A stretch of DNA of 64,000 nucleotides from Camelus dromedarius (taxonomy: Eukaryota): contig NC_087437.1 of the NCBI RefSeq assembly GCF_036321535.1, forward strand, positions 62,870,001 to 62,934,000, read 5' to 3'. Positions 37,651 to 49,585 of this stretch are shown here, piece after piece (position 1 is the stretch's first letter; each line of letters starts with the position of its first letter). The position numbers and the translations under genes are program-made. The notes beneath the pieces were generated by a model. The model did no database searches. It was not told where the DNA came from and saw nothing but the letters and a program-made list of their open reading frames with translations.

Positions 37651-39837
37651 CTGACAGAGACAGGGTGTGAAGCGCCACACGTTAAGTCCCAGCCCAGCAG
37701 GTGCATATGATCTAAGACCCTGGAGAAGGGGTGCCTGTGATGAGGCATCAGGAGCTGTGGGTGAGCCCGGGGCCCACTTCTGGTTCACGGACCAGTTCCA
37801 ATGCAGGACGCTCACTCACTCTCGTACTGAGTAAAGAAGAACTTTGCCCTGTGCCTCTCCCCTTTCCATCACAGACAAAAATCAGATCAGCGCCCCCTTG
37901 ACTACTGCGTGCTGATTCAGTCTGACTAACGTTCACTTTCAGGCTGTTTTCCCTCAGCCACCACAATGTCTCATGTATGAACACTGGTGGGAGCCACTTC
38001 AACATTAGCTTAATTTAGACTTAAAGCAAATTTAGTAAACAAACCTGTTAACCATATGTCCCAAATCTAATTGGAAGGTATCCACATTTTAAAAACTTAT
38101 CTGTCCATCAAAACGCTAATAAACATCCTATTGCTGGGAAATATCTATCATGGAAAGGAGTAAGAGCCCTTGGACCACCGCTTAAGACTCACAACAGCAG
38201 CGGGTGGCAAAGAGGGTAGGTCTGTCCCTTGTTCTTGGACCCAGGGAGGAGGCTGAGGCCCAGCAAAGGCAGGAGTCACGAAGCAAGTCAGGGCTAGAAC
38301 CTAGATCCACTGACAAAGTACTTCTAGTTTTTCCTCAAGACCATACATTTTTCTGAATTTCTTTAAAAAGCAGAATTTTTCTCCATTGGAGAAGTAATAC
38401 GTGCTAGTCCATTAATTTTTAACCCACAGTTTTCAGAACTGAATTATCTCTAAAGAAAACTGTTAAATTTTAAACCTTTTTACACTTAGCATCTGATAAT
38501 ACAAATTATATGGTAAAAAATTCTTTTCAATGTTGCATTAGCAATAATGGCTTCCGGATGCTCTAGTAAAAGACTGCTCGTGGGTCCATCCACTCTGAGG
38601 AGAATTTAACAGCTGGAAAGTGGTCCAAAGCTAAGGAATCCAAAATAGAGGAACTAATGTATACAAATGGAGATGATCTTCTGTCCACTGGGCACGTCAT
38701 TCCCACAGTAGGGAGTTTCTCAGCTATGGTTTAAGGTACATACAGAAAACACCAGACCAGAACATTTTCTTTTCCCCTTCTTTCAAAAAATATTTAATTT
38801 TAAGAAGAAATACCTTTATACCTCTATTGAAAATCTTTGATATGCTCTACTTAAATTGTTTTGATTTTAAACTTTGTTTTATAATAGGGAAGCCTTTTAA
38901 AATCATCTTAAGCCCTGTATGGAAGAATTTCTATTTAATCTTATGAGTAAGAGCTGATTACTAAGGGTTCTGATCAAATGCAGGTGCAGATACCAGAGAG
39001 ATGGCAGAAGGGCAGGGGGAGGCTGTCTTAAAAAAAAGAATGAAAATAAAACTTAAAGAGGTGGTCAAGTAGAGAAAATCCCTAATAAAAGAAAGGCAGT
39101 TAGTTAATTACAGAATTGTAGAAAATCAGTGGCAACATGTCAGGGTACAAAAATTCTCTTTTGTACTTTCAGTAACCTGAGAGGACGCAGAACATGAAAG
39201 CAAGGAATCTGAGAGTAAATGGAGCCTTTAAATACGTTTTAACATAGAAGGCTCTGTCAGACAGAAGATCAAAGCAGGAGGAAAGAGGCTTAGGAGGCCG
39301 TCCCACACCAGCTGAAAGCTGTTCAGAGCAGGCCTGTGCTTCCTCCCTGGGGAGCCAGGGGTCCTTTAAAAACAGAACAAACAAGATAAGGTATTTCTCT
39401 CTCTACCCAGTAGAATAAACAGTGTTATATTGACTGGTAACCGATAACTGCTAGATTGATAAGTAAGATGTCTAAATTTATTTCTTCAGTTCCTGCCCTA
39501 AATTTTGCATCATCCATTTATAAAAGTTGTATTTTAATACTTTTCTATCTAGGCTTATTTATTTCAATTAGAAATATTTTTATAGTCAAAACATAACTGA
39601 GTAAAATTGTGTATTTTTCTCATTTAACATCAATGGGATATCAGGATATTTGTACACAGCACCAGCAGAAATGGTGCATCTGAATTGCCTAATTATACAA
39701 AAAGTGCTGAGAGGAATAAAGAATGTTTCAAGTGTAACCTTTCAACCTTTCAAATTAACCAGCCAATATCTGTTCTACAAATGCCTCCTTTTAGATAAGC
39801 TAGAAAAAGCAGGGGTATGGGAAGCCCACATGAAGCA

Positions 39838-39942
39838 GGGAGAGAGAGAGAAAGAGACAGAGTCAGAAAGGAGGAGGATGTGGAGGTGATGGTGGTGGTG
39901 GTGGTGGTGGTGGAGGTGAAGAGAGGGGAGAGAGGGAGACAG
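39838..39942. repeat. Compound (GA)n / (GGT)n microsatellite
   Basis: GAGAGAGAGAG and GGTGGTGGTGGTGGTGGTGGTGG, 55-160 nt downstream of the donor at 39996. Confidence 0.9.
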
Positions 39943-39995
39943 TGGATGAAAAACAAGGCTAAAATCCCAGACCTTGGATGACAATGTGCTCTGAC

Positions 39996-40145
39996 CTTAA
40001 GAAAGGCCTCCTTTTGCTCCAGATGTTTACTAATGAGTGGAATGACGTGGTCGATCTCTGCCGCTGGCCCCAGTTTATCTCGTCCACCGCACCAGTCCTC
40101 ATCTCTCCGGTATTCTTGTTCTAAGCTCTCCAGGACACTACAGAC
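39996..40145 (-). CDS. KALRN: KALRN coding exon, spectrin repeat (VCSVLESLEQEYRRDEDWCGGRDKLGPAAEIDHVIPLISKHLEQKEAFLK)
   Basis: 150 nt, tag|GTC...AAG|gtcaga, phase 0/0. Absent from the ORF track; translated by hand. Confidence 0.97.
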
Positions 40146-40254
40146 CTAATGAATCATAGAGGAAAAGACTCAGTAAATTAATCATTTAAGAAGTATTTTA
40201 TGAGGACCTTTAGCCAAGAGGTTCTTGCACAAGTGATGTTTTTCCATTGGAAAT

Positions 40255-40620
40255 TCAATTTGTAAACTTAGGTACGCAGTGCCCCTGAGACATCTAAGAG
40301 AAGTCCAGGAGGTGGTAAGAATCCAGCGTCTGGAGCTTGGGAGACAAATTACTACTGAGATACAGATTTTGGAATCATCTTCTGACAGTTGATGGTTGAA
40401 GGCTGAAGCTATGGGGGTTAATGACATCACCTAGGGATGGGATACAGAGGTAGAAAGGAAGAGAGACTAGTAATTTGGGGGGGGGTTCAAAGTGTTTATA
40501 TATATGATATTGCTATAACCTCTATGATAGGTAGAACAGGAAAAGGAGGTTTGGAGAAGACCCTTGGATTGTTCAACCATCAGTATTTGAAGGAAGTAGC
40601 TTTAAGCAGAGGTAAAGAAG
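40255..40620 (-). mobile_element. L2 LINE remnant
   Basis: GAGACATCTAAGAGAAG..CTGGAGCTTGGGAGA..GATTTTGGAATCATC..TGGTTGAAG. Confidence 0.6.
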
Positions 40621-41485
40621 GAAGTTGCCTATGTTGTATGACTTAAAGGCTACAAAAGAATGCTAACTTTCCCCTCCCTGGAGAAAAATATCCCAGCCAA
40701 AGTGTTTCAAGGTACTGCTGTAAGCCAATGATGTCTCCAGGCCTGCTGTTGCAAAATGTACATTTCCTTCAGAGGGATAACAAATTTGGGTTAACCTAAA
40801 AGATGGTTAAGAAGTCTTTCAGCTCTAAACATACTCAAAAGGCTAAAAGCATTTCAAATGGAGGCTTGGAAGGTAAGTCAGGTTAGGTGTGGCAGTAGGA
40901 GACCCAGGGCAGCCTAGGGTCAGAGTCGAGGGAAGGATGCAGAAAATAGGAACTAATCTCTATACCTTCCTTTAATAGGCTGTAATTACATACCTGGCCA
41001 TGACAGCAGAGGAGAGCAGCTCTAACTATCCTTGGCCTCCTCTGTCTGAGAAAGTCATCCCTTTTGGTGGCATTGGCTAGGATGCTTACTGAGTTATGAA
41101 CTGAGCTGAAAAATAAGCTGCAAGATGTCCCAAGAAGAACACCCTCATAGCCAACATGCTTCCTATGTCGTGAGAAGGCTTGTCCCTGAACTCTAGCTGG
41201 TTTCTTTAGCACCGCACACTGCTCTTGTGGCAAGGCATGAAAACACGCAGGAGGCTGATATCTTCAGAAAAAACAGATTATGTACACACAAAAACTTTAA
41301 GAAAATGAGTACTTAACATCTGTCCCATGATAGTATCAGACTTAAAACCAATCAGTTTGGGAGCTAGAAGAAATGGAAAAATTATCCAGTGTTAGTCCTC
41401 TAATTTAATAGGTGAAGAATAAAAAATCTAGAGGGATAAAGTGACCTTTGGCAAGGTCAGTTCAAGGTCAAATTTCTTGACTTTT

Positions 41486-41634
41486 CAAAAAAAAATTTTT
41501 GTTTTACTTTTTTTTTCAGGGGGTGCTAACTAATTAGGTTTATTTATGTATTTCTTAACAGAGGTACTGGTGATCAAACCCAGGACCCCGTGCATGCTAA
41601 GCACGTGCTCTATCACTGTGTTATATCCTCCCCC
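41486..41634 (-). mobile_element. Camelid-type tRNA-derived SINE (Vic-1/SINE_Vpa-like)
   Basis: Minus strand reads GGGGGAGGATATAACACAGTGATAGAGCACGTGCTTAGCATGCACGGGGTCCTGGGTTTGATCACCAGTACCTC...AATAAACCTAATTA... plus an A-rich tail, with A/B-box-like segments. TSD TCTTGACTTTT / TCCTGACTCTT. Confidence 0.8.
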
Positions 41635-41699
41635 TCCTGACTCTTAATCTAGTGCCTTGTCCCCTTCAGCATCTTCAACTATCTCAAATTAAAATCCAC

Positions 41700-42098
41700 A
41701 TGTGATGTTAGGCAGGGATTGAGCCTCATTTTTTTTCATATGGATATTCACTTCTTTAGCACCACTTGTTGAAACGACTTCACTTATTGGATTGCTTTGT
41801 CAAAAATCAACTGACTATATATATGTGGATCTACTTCTGGAACCTCTATCCTGTTCCACTGTGTCTATTCTTACACAAATACCATTCTGTCTTGATCACC
41901 GCGGCTTTAGAATAAGTCTTAAAATCAAGTAGTGTAATTCCTCCAACTTTGTTCTTCCTTTTCAAGATTATTTTTGTCATTCTAGGTTCTTTGCTTTTCC
42001 ATGTAAATCTTAGAATCAGCATATCAATTTCTAAAATAAAAAAGAAGCTTGCTGGGATGTGACTGGGATGTGTTGAATTTATACATCAACTGGGGAAG
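41700..42098 (-). mobile_element. Old L1 ORF2 fragment (KALRN-sense orientation)
   Basis: AGCACCACTTGTTGAAA, TTTGTCAAAAATCAA, CCTCCAACTTTGTTCTT, TTAGAATCAGC...TCAATTTCT. Confidence 0.8.
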
Positions 42099-42637
42099 CT
42101 CTCTGTCATGTTAGTCTGCTGCTCCCTCTCCCGTGGAATCAAAGGCATCATCTCTCTGAATTACTGGAAGGAGGTCTGAGAGAAGGTGTAAGATGAACAC
42201 TGGCTGCAGGGCCCTCTAACAGGCATGTTACCTTTGCTCCGAAATAGACTTTCCCATGGTCCCTGTAAGTCACCCAGAGGAGAATGTTTCTCTGATCAAT
42301 TTCTATCAAGGACTGATTTGAATGAGGAAAGTATTTTATGCTGAATAAAATTACTCCTATCTTAAACCTCTATCTCATAAAGATAATTCCCTAACAGCAC
42401 CCAAATCATTTAAAAATCCTCTTAGCCCTTGTGCATACTGCTGTACAGAAATACTAGTAATGGGGTTGCATCTTTATGGCCCTGCTGTATGTATCTTTTG
42501 CCTTTTCTCCCCCAGCTGCACCATCCTACCATTTAGGCTCATAGTTCTCCAATGACAGAGAGCTGTTTCCTCCATCAAACTGGGAACCCCATGAGCAAAA
42601 GAGCTGTGTGTTTTTCAAGCAGTACATACCGCCTGAC

Positions 42638-43055
42638 TGTGGTAGATTAGATTATGTTCAGCAAATTGTCATTCTCCTCTCTCAACCTTCATAGGAGTCA
42701 TAGGCTGCCCTGTTTCACTGATACTGGCTTGGCCATGTGAGTTGTCGTCAAAAGGAGGCTAGAGCGTGTGACACAAGCAGACTTGAAATGTGCTTGCACA
42801 GCAGATTTTGGATGCTTGCACTCCTGCCTTTCACTATAAATGTGCCTTTAGTAGCTGCTGATCAAGAAGGATAACAGACATGGAAACAGATCTAGACCCA
42901 GTCTACAGCTTGGAGCCTAGCTCTACCAAACTCAGCCAAGATCAGCTGAACTCCAAATACTTAAGCAAAAAATAAATTCTCATTGTTTTATACCACTGGT
43001 TTTGGGGGGGGTGATTTGTTACACACCACCATTGTGGCAACAGCTAACTGGTACA
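42638..43055 (+). mobile_element. Solo LTR, MLT1I/J-like
   Basis: TGTGGTAGA start, GGCCATGTGA, AATAAA..TTGTTTTATACCACTG; ends CATTGTGGCAACAGCTAACTGGTACA. Confidence 0.75.
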
Positions 43056-43337
43056 CCACTCAAATTTAGCATTCGGTGTAAACCTACCCAGTTTCCACTT
43101 CAATGCCTAAATATGATGAATTTGAGAAATTTATAAGAAACAAATCACAAGGTCCACTCCTCTAATGGAAAGGATTATAAGGAAGCAAACTGCAGTGTCT
43201 CCACAAATCATTCTTCTACTCTCAAAGGCTCAGAGGACTGGCTTCTTGCCAGGAAGATTCAGCAGATTTGCAGTGTGAGGCAGAAAATAGCCCTCCATCA
43301 GTCTCAGCCCCACACAGTCCACAACCCTCTCTCTCAC

Positions 43338-43556
43338 CTGTTCAGAAGTTTTGTAAAAGGCCACTGAGGCATTGACCAGTTTTAGCCGGTCTTCCATCTT
43401 CAGCATGAGCTGCTGCCAGTGGAGGGCCACCTTCTCAGCGCATTCCCGGATGGCGTCGGCATCGTAGTGGCCAGCCTGGAGCAGTGCCTCAGCTTTCTGC
43501 TGCACCTGCAGGGCGCTCTGGTGTGTCTTCTGCAAGGAAGTGGCATGAAAGAGGGA
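43338..43556 (-). CDS. KALRN: KALRN coding exon with two acceptors ([SLFHATSLQ]KTHQSALQVQQKAEALLQAGHYDADAIRECAEKVALHWQQLMLKMEDRLKLVNASVAFYKTSEQ)
   Basis: Donor CAG|gtgaga at 43338. Acceptors are ccag|TCC at 43556 (219 nt) and ttgcag|AAG at 43529 (192 nt); both are phase 0. Confidence 0.95.
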
Positions 43557-44699
43557 CTGGGCACAAGGGGAGGAGAGAGAGGTCCGTGGGAATGACCCAG
43601 GCGTGGTATGGGAGGGGGTGGAGTGAGGCGTGAGTGGAAAGATGCAGAAAAGTTAAAAAGCTTTAAATGACTGATTCAAACATGCTGTCATGATGATTCA
43701 ATATATCATTGTTTTAAAAGCATATTTAGAAAAAGTATATCATGCATTTTCATTAACTAATTGCTCAGGTCCTTAATTTCTGCCCCCACTCCTTCTCTCC
43801 TACTTGCATCACTCTGCGTTTTAAAGACATTTCAGTTGCTGTGCTAGTGAAATGCAGTTATGTATAAATATGCTCCATGATTGATTCATACATTAGTTAA
43901 ATTTCCTTTGCAAATCTAATTATAAATTAACTCGTTGTGCGTTTTCAGAGGAGATTACTGCTGTAGTCCCATTTTACAGAGCAAATAAACATAGAGCATA
44001 AAAAACATCCCCATGTAACAAATCTCAGCCAATAATGCAATCATTTTAACATGAATGATCAGTTTTAAAAGGATTCCAGTAGAAGGAAGAAATTTGGCAG
44101 GTTAATAAGCAGAAGAGTAGCATCTCACACCATCTCTTAGTTACCTCACCAAGGGAGCAGAACAGCACAGTAGATAATTCAGCTCAACACATAACCCTGC
44201 ATTATTACATTATTTAAGTTTGCCTTTATGATAATATATATTGTAGAAAGTTTATTTTTTGATTCAGGCTAAATGTGGTTTGCATTCTCAGTTCACATTA
44301 ACTGTGGAAGGTGAAGAGAACAGGTTGGAAAACTGGGTGGCAGGGAGAGAGCCAAATGGGCTTAAAATTTATTAAAATAAAGGACTGATGTGGATGAGCC
44401 ATATGACTTTTTTTTTTAAAGAGGTAATATGATCCTCACCTCAGCTGCTGGGATCATTTCAACCCCATGGCCCAGTGCTAATTTGGCTTTTGCACTTGGA
44501 GGAGAGTATAGCTTAGCCGGCAGTGGAAAAGGGCAGCTAGCAGCCCAGTAAATTACTCCTGAATGATTTCTGCCCTCGTGGGCAGCAGCACTGGGACCAT
44601 TCTCCAGGCCACTCCATTCAGCACTCCCCGTATGGGAGTACAACCCTTCCTCTTTTCACCCCTACCTCCCCCTTCACCCTTATCCCAGTCGGCAGTCTA

Positions 44700-46100
44700 C
44701 ACAGTCCTATGCCTTCTTCCCAGTCTATCAGCCACCTCCTGGCTTCCCTTCCCCTGCTCCTGAATCTGTCCTCAGTATTCGCTATGTTAACACGATCTCC
44801 TATAGTAACCTAGACTCCCTCATTCCCTTGCTTTGCCCCTGAGTCAGCCTTCAGTCCTGATTGACCACATTAGCATCTGGGTTCCTAATTTCTGGATGAA
44901 GCTAGAAAAGGTAAACTAACAGGCAGAAATGACCCAGTACAAGTCTCTGGCTTCTTTCTGTTTTACATATTGGGACCAATTTCTTTTACTGTCTCCTAAA
45001 TGCAGAGGTACCCCAAGGTCCTTTCTTGGTTTCTGTCCACTACTGCAGAGTTCTCATCCATTCCCTTGGCTTCTATCATCTCCTCTTTGTAAATGACCCT
45101 CCAGTCTCTATCTCTCGCCCAACAACTGACCCTCATCTTTAACTGCCTTTGGATGTGACGGTGAGCTGCCTGCCACACCTCTCACCCAGGTCAGTAGCAC
45201 TGATTTGGATGATCTAGCTGTCTGCCCCATGTCAGTCACTTACAAAGATGCATTGTTAGTACAAATGAAAGATCTTCCAAGAGAGAGGAGGAAACGTCAC
45301 CAATGAATGCAAGTGGCTTTACTGCCCAACCAAAGCCTCCACCTTTCTCCCACAGCCCTGCTCAAGCTCCACATATAAAACTAAACTCCTCTTCCCCCTA
45401 AAAGTCTTCCCACTGCAGTCCGCCTTCTGTTGATGGTGCCCTCCTCACTGCCACCTAGGATTACAATCATGTCATCATCCTTGCCTGCTGTCCTCACCCC
45501 GAATCCCAGTCCTGCTCTCACTTCATACCTAGACTGCTGTGGTGGTCACCCAACTAGTCTTCTTACTTTCTATTACTAACCCGCCAAACTCATCCCTTAC
45601 ACTTCTGACAGATTAATTCTCTGCAATAGGAAGTGTTTAGATTAAGTGACTTCTAGCATCCTTTCCAATAGCTAAAACTATAATTTTATGCTCCAAGTAT
45701 CACTCCCCTCTCTCAATTTAGATGCTTTCAGTGATCCCACATTGCTATGAAATCAAGCCCAAACTTTAGAGGATTTCATTAAAAGCCCCTCACATTGTGG
45801 TCCCAATTACTTCTATAACATCATTACCTACAACTTCCTTACAAAACCAATTGAACCACTTTCTTGTCTTTGCCATCTTCATTCTCCCTGCCTTTAAGGA
45901 ACACCCCATAGTCTCTCCTTGTCTGTGTTCCAGTCTTCCTTGGAGACAAAGCTCAGTTCCAACCTTCTTCAAAGAGCCCTTCTGGACAGACTGAGACTCA
46001 CTAAAAACGACCCTCTTCTAAATGCCTATATCACTCATCTAACAGTTGGCTGATTTTCTATACTTAGATGGTGAAACTCTCAAGGCAAGGACTGTTTAAA
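44700..46100 (+). mobile_element. Fragmented L2 LINE
   Basis: ATGACCCTCCAGTCTCTATCTC, AACTAAACTC, CACTTCATACCTAGACTGCTG, GAAACTCTCAAGGCAAGGACTGT. Confidence 0.55.
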
Positions 46101-46109
46101 AAAAAATCA

Positions 46110-46340
46110 CTTTAACAGCTGTCATTTAACCAGCAGGTGTATACTCCGTGCAAAGCACTGTACTTATGCATATTTTTTTCTAGTTCTCATGACACTACTA
46201 CAAGGTGGATATTATTATTCCCACTTCACAGATTAAGAAACTGAGGTTCAGGCTGGTTAAGTGACTTGCCCAAAAATGTACAACCAAGGAGGTGATAAAA
46301 CCAGGTGTGACCTATTCCCAAATCTATGTCCTTTCCACTC
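46110..46340. mobile_element. MIR SINE
   Basis: ATTATTCCCACTTCACAGATTAAGAAACTGAGGTTCAG..GTTAAGTGACTTGCCCAA. Confidence 0.8.
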
Positions 46341-49300
46341 TTTCACACCACATCATTTTACCTCTAGCAATTAGAAAGGTATCTACAATTTCTCATGAAG
46401 AGGAAGGTTCGCCAAATGAACATTAGTCATTATGATAATTATCTGGCCTCTCCTCAGTATATGAAACCAGCATATAATTGTCATCCTAAACTCGTTACCA
46501 TGTCTTTTTCTCTGAGACTGGAGGAGTAACTTTAGTTTTCCTACAATTCATGCTATATAATAAATCCTTTTCCTTATTCTGAAACTCATTATTATCTAAT
46601 AGTCCTGGGAGCCCCTTCTTCCCTTTACTTTCCTAAACTGTAGACTCTTCTTCATATGACATAATCTTTGCTTTACTAAGCTTGAGTCATTATTTTGCAT
46701 TTATTTCTACCATTATCTAATCCTACTGAGTGCTGTACCTTGGAGACACGGATTATTGAGGATGTTCATATTTAGTAGGAGTACATGGAAGAAAACTGAA
46801 CCAAATCAACTGAATTTATTATCCAGTTTTAACTACTATTTCTGCCATAATGCTTATGCTTAAAATGCATAAGAGGATTTCAAATAAAAATGGATTTTAA
46901 AATCAAGCCTGTCTTTATGATGTTCACAGTCCTTGAAGACACATCAGCCACAACATCTCGGATACTAACAAGTAATAACCTGGGTTTGCTGAAAAAGCCA
47001 TGTCTCTGAGTGCTGGGTACTACTCTCCACTCTGAATGGCCCTGGAGAAGTTTTTCTGAAACCAAGGCTCCTTCAGATAAACATTCTGACCTTCTCTGGG
47101 GAAACCAAAACCTTCAGACTCATGATGTCACCCAAGCAAGGGTGAGCAAACATCTTGGTCTGCCCATGACAGTTCTAGCATTTGCTGATTTTTCTGGCTT
47201 AGTTATTAATAAATCCCTCCTTCATTCTTAAAAGTGTCTCAGTTTTAACAATAAATTATCTGATCATCTTACCCATAGCTTTTTATTTTCCCTTCTGGAG
47301 CCCAAGGTTCTTTCTTAGGGCCCAAAATGTCAAATTATGTTCCTTATCAGTGATCACTGTAAAGGCCTCCAGGAACATCACCAAAATGGGTTAAATCAAA
47401 CCAGACTAGTTAGATGTCCTTTCAACTTGCTTAAATCCTCCCTGGCCTATTTCCCCCCAGTGTAGAACCTGGTCTAAACTGACACATTTAGAGAGAAGGC
47501 CAAGGCCACCTGGAGAAGGAACACATGTTGAAATTCTGGTTCTGTTCTCTTCAATATTCTAGCCATGCTGCAGACCCTGCCTACCTTCCACTCCCAAGAT
47601 CTTCCAGAAATCCCACCTGTTCTGTCCTCTTGAGCCCACAGACATAAATTCTACAGGGGTCTATATCTCAACATCGATTTCAAGGATATTTGATCAAGTT
47701 GCACCCATGAAATTAAACAGACATGTATATGCTTAGTGAGCCTCCATTCTGTAAGGATGCAACAGCATCTAATGCAAATTAATACAAACACTGCACTTGT
47801 ATACAAGTCACGTGGAACTCAGTCATTTCAACAGCACTGCTAATGCATTTACCCACTATTTTCTACTTGCTCATTGAGACGCTCAAGGGTGTCATGGTTT
47901 TACTTGCCCAACGTTTGATTAAGGGACTGAAAATTTAATTACCTGAACAAAGCAGGTAAACCTTCACATTCAAGATAAACAAGGAGGCGGTATAGCCAAG
48001 GGCTGTGTTCTCTCCGCCTAGCATCCCTCACAGCTCCATGCCCTGCCTCTAGTATGACTGCCCAACCTTCATCATTCTCTTCAGTGCTGCCTCTCTATGG
48101 GGCCGTGCCACTGTGTGCCTGATTCTTGAGTATAACCCCAGTCCTGATTTCTCCTTTACGAGGAATAGATCTTAACGCTCTCATATTTGGGCATGCCAAT
48201 AAAATGCAGCAGAGACAGCTGACGATGATAAAACTTCTCTCCTCCGGTTAGTTCTTCCTTAGAAAATGATTTGCCCATGCTGCGTGTGTGGTATATAGTT
48301 TATTTTTAAATCTCAAATCTCAGACAGGACTCTAATTCTAGCAATGGTTCCTAAGAATATATCAGGCATCTTATAGAAATATGTCATTCGTGACAATGTT
48401 TAAATGTTTTCACATACGAGATAGTTCTTGGAAGATTAGTAGAAATCAATCAATACTAGTTTAAAATGGCTAGATATCTGTTGGATTACTGTATTAAAGA
48501 TATACTTACTGGTATACACAGTTAAATCTTTAATCATTGTTGTATTTTTTCTGGTAGAAAACAATACTTTTGCATTTCTTACACACTCAGAAGTAGGCTG
48601 AGTTTCATACTAAACCACAAGTAATGAACAAGTAATTTATCTCTTTTCCCATTGGTGCTGAACTTATTTTATTTTTAACATAGTGCCCATGTCCCATTTC
48701 CTACTCTTTTCCCCATGTCACTCTAAAGCAATCAGCTCAAGTCTCTTTGGGAAGGAAATATTCTAGCAGGAAGGATAATTAAAGGTATTATTTAAAGCAA
48801 GACAAAGTTTATATCAGACTATCATAAGTGGAGTTTTATTTTAAAATAGCCTTTAAAACAAGTCTTGGTTGGTGAATTTCTGGTTTCAGTTTAATCCTTA
48901 AATATGACTTTCATTAGCACAACTGAATAACTGAGTTCAGTGATGCATACTACCTAGAGCCGTCTGCTCCCGTGCGCGCTGCTCTTGTTAAAAGGCAGAA
49001 TCTGACAGTAGAACCTAAATATTACATGTAAACTAAATGTTTAAAAATGGAATCCTAATTTGCTAGTAACTTCTGCAGTGGTTTATCCTCAATTCTGAGT
49101 GATCTTCAAGTAGAAGTGACTTCTGAACTTTTAGTTTCCCATTTCTCACATGGTGAGTAGTCCGTTAACATATAAAAACTCAATGCACTGCAAGCCTTGA
49201 AGGTTAAAGTTACAAATAAATAAGAAAGATCCACATTAGTAGTGTGAATACTTGTCTTCTAATACCAGGCTTCCTTGGGGTGCTGAACCACTGCATTTAC

Positions 49301-49411
49301 TTCTCCATCAATTCTTGGGTGACAGGGAGGCTACCTGGCCCATTTCACTAGAAAGAGTGATGACTTCAATAGATAAAGAAGTGCCCACATCTTGAGGAAT
49401 CATCCTGCCTA

Positions 49412-49585
<174 letters not shown>

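Noticed and set aside
39775..39984. ORF with a poly-His run resembling a His tag
   Set aside because: Translation of the natural (GGT)n microsatellite; no vector sequence nearby.
47985..48020. Hairpin AGGCGG-TATAGCC-AAG-GGCTGTG..CCGCCT as a possible miRNA or ncRNA
   Set aside because: Too short and bulged for a pre-miRNA, and no snoRNA or tRNA boxes.
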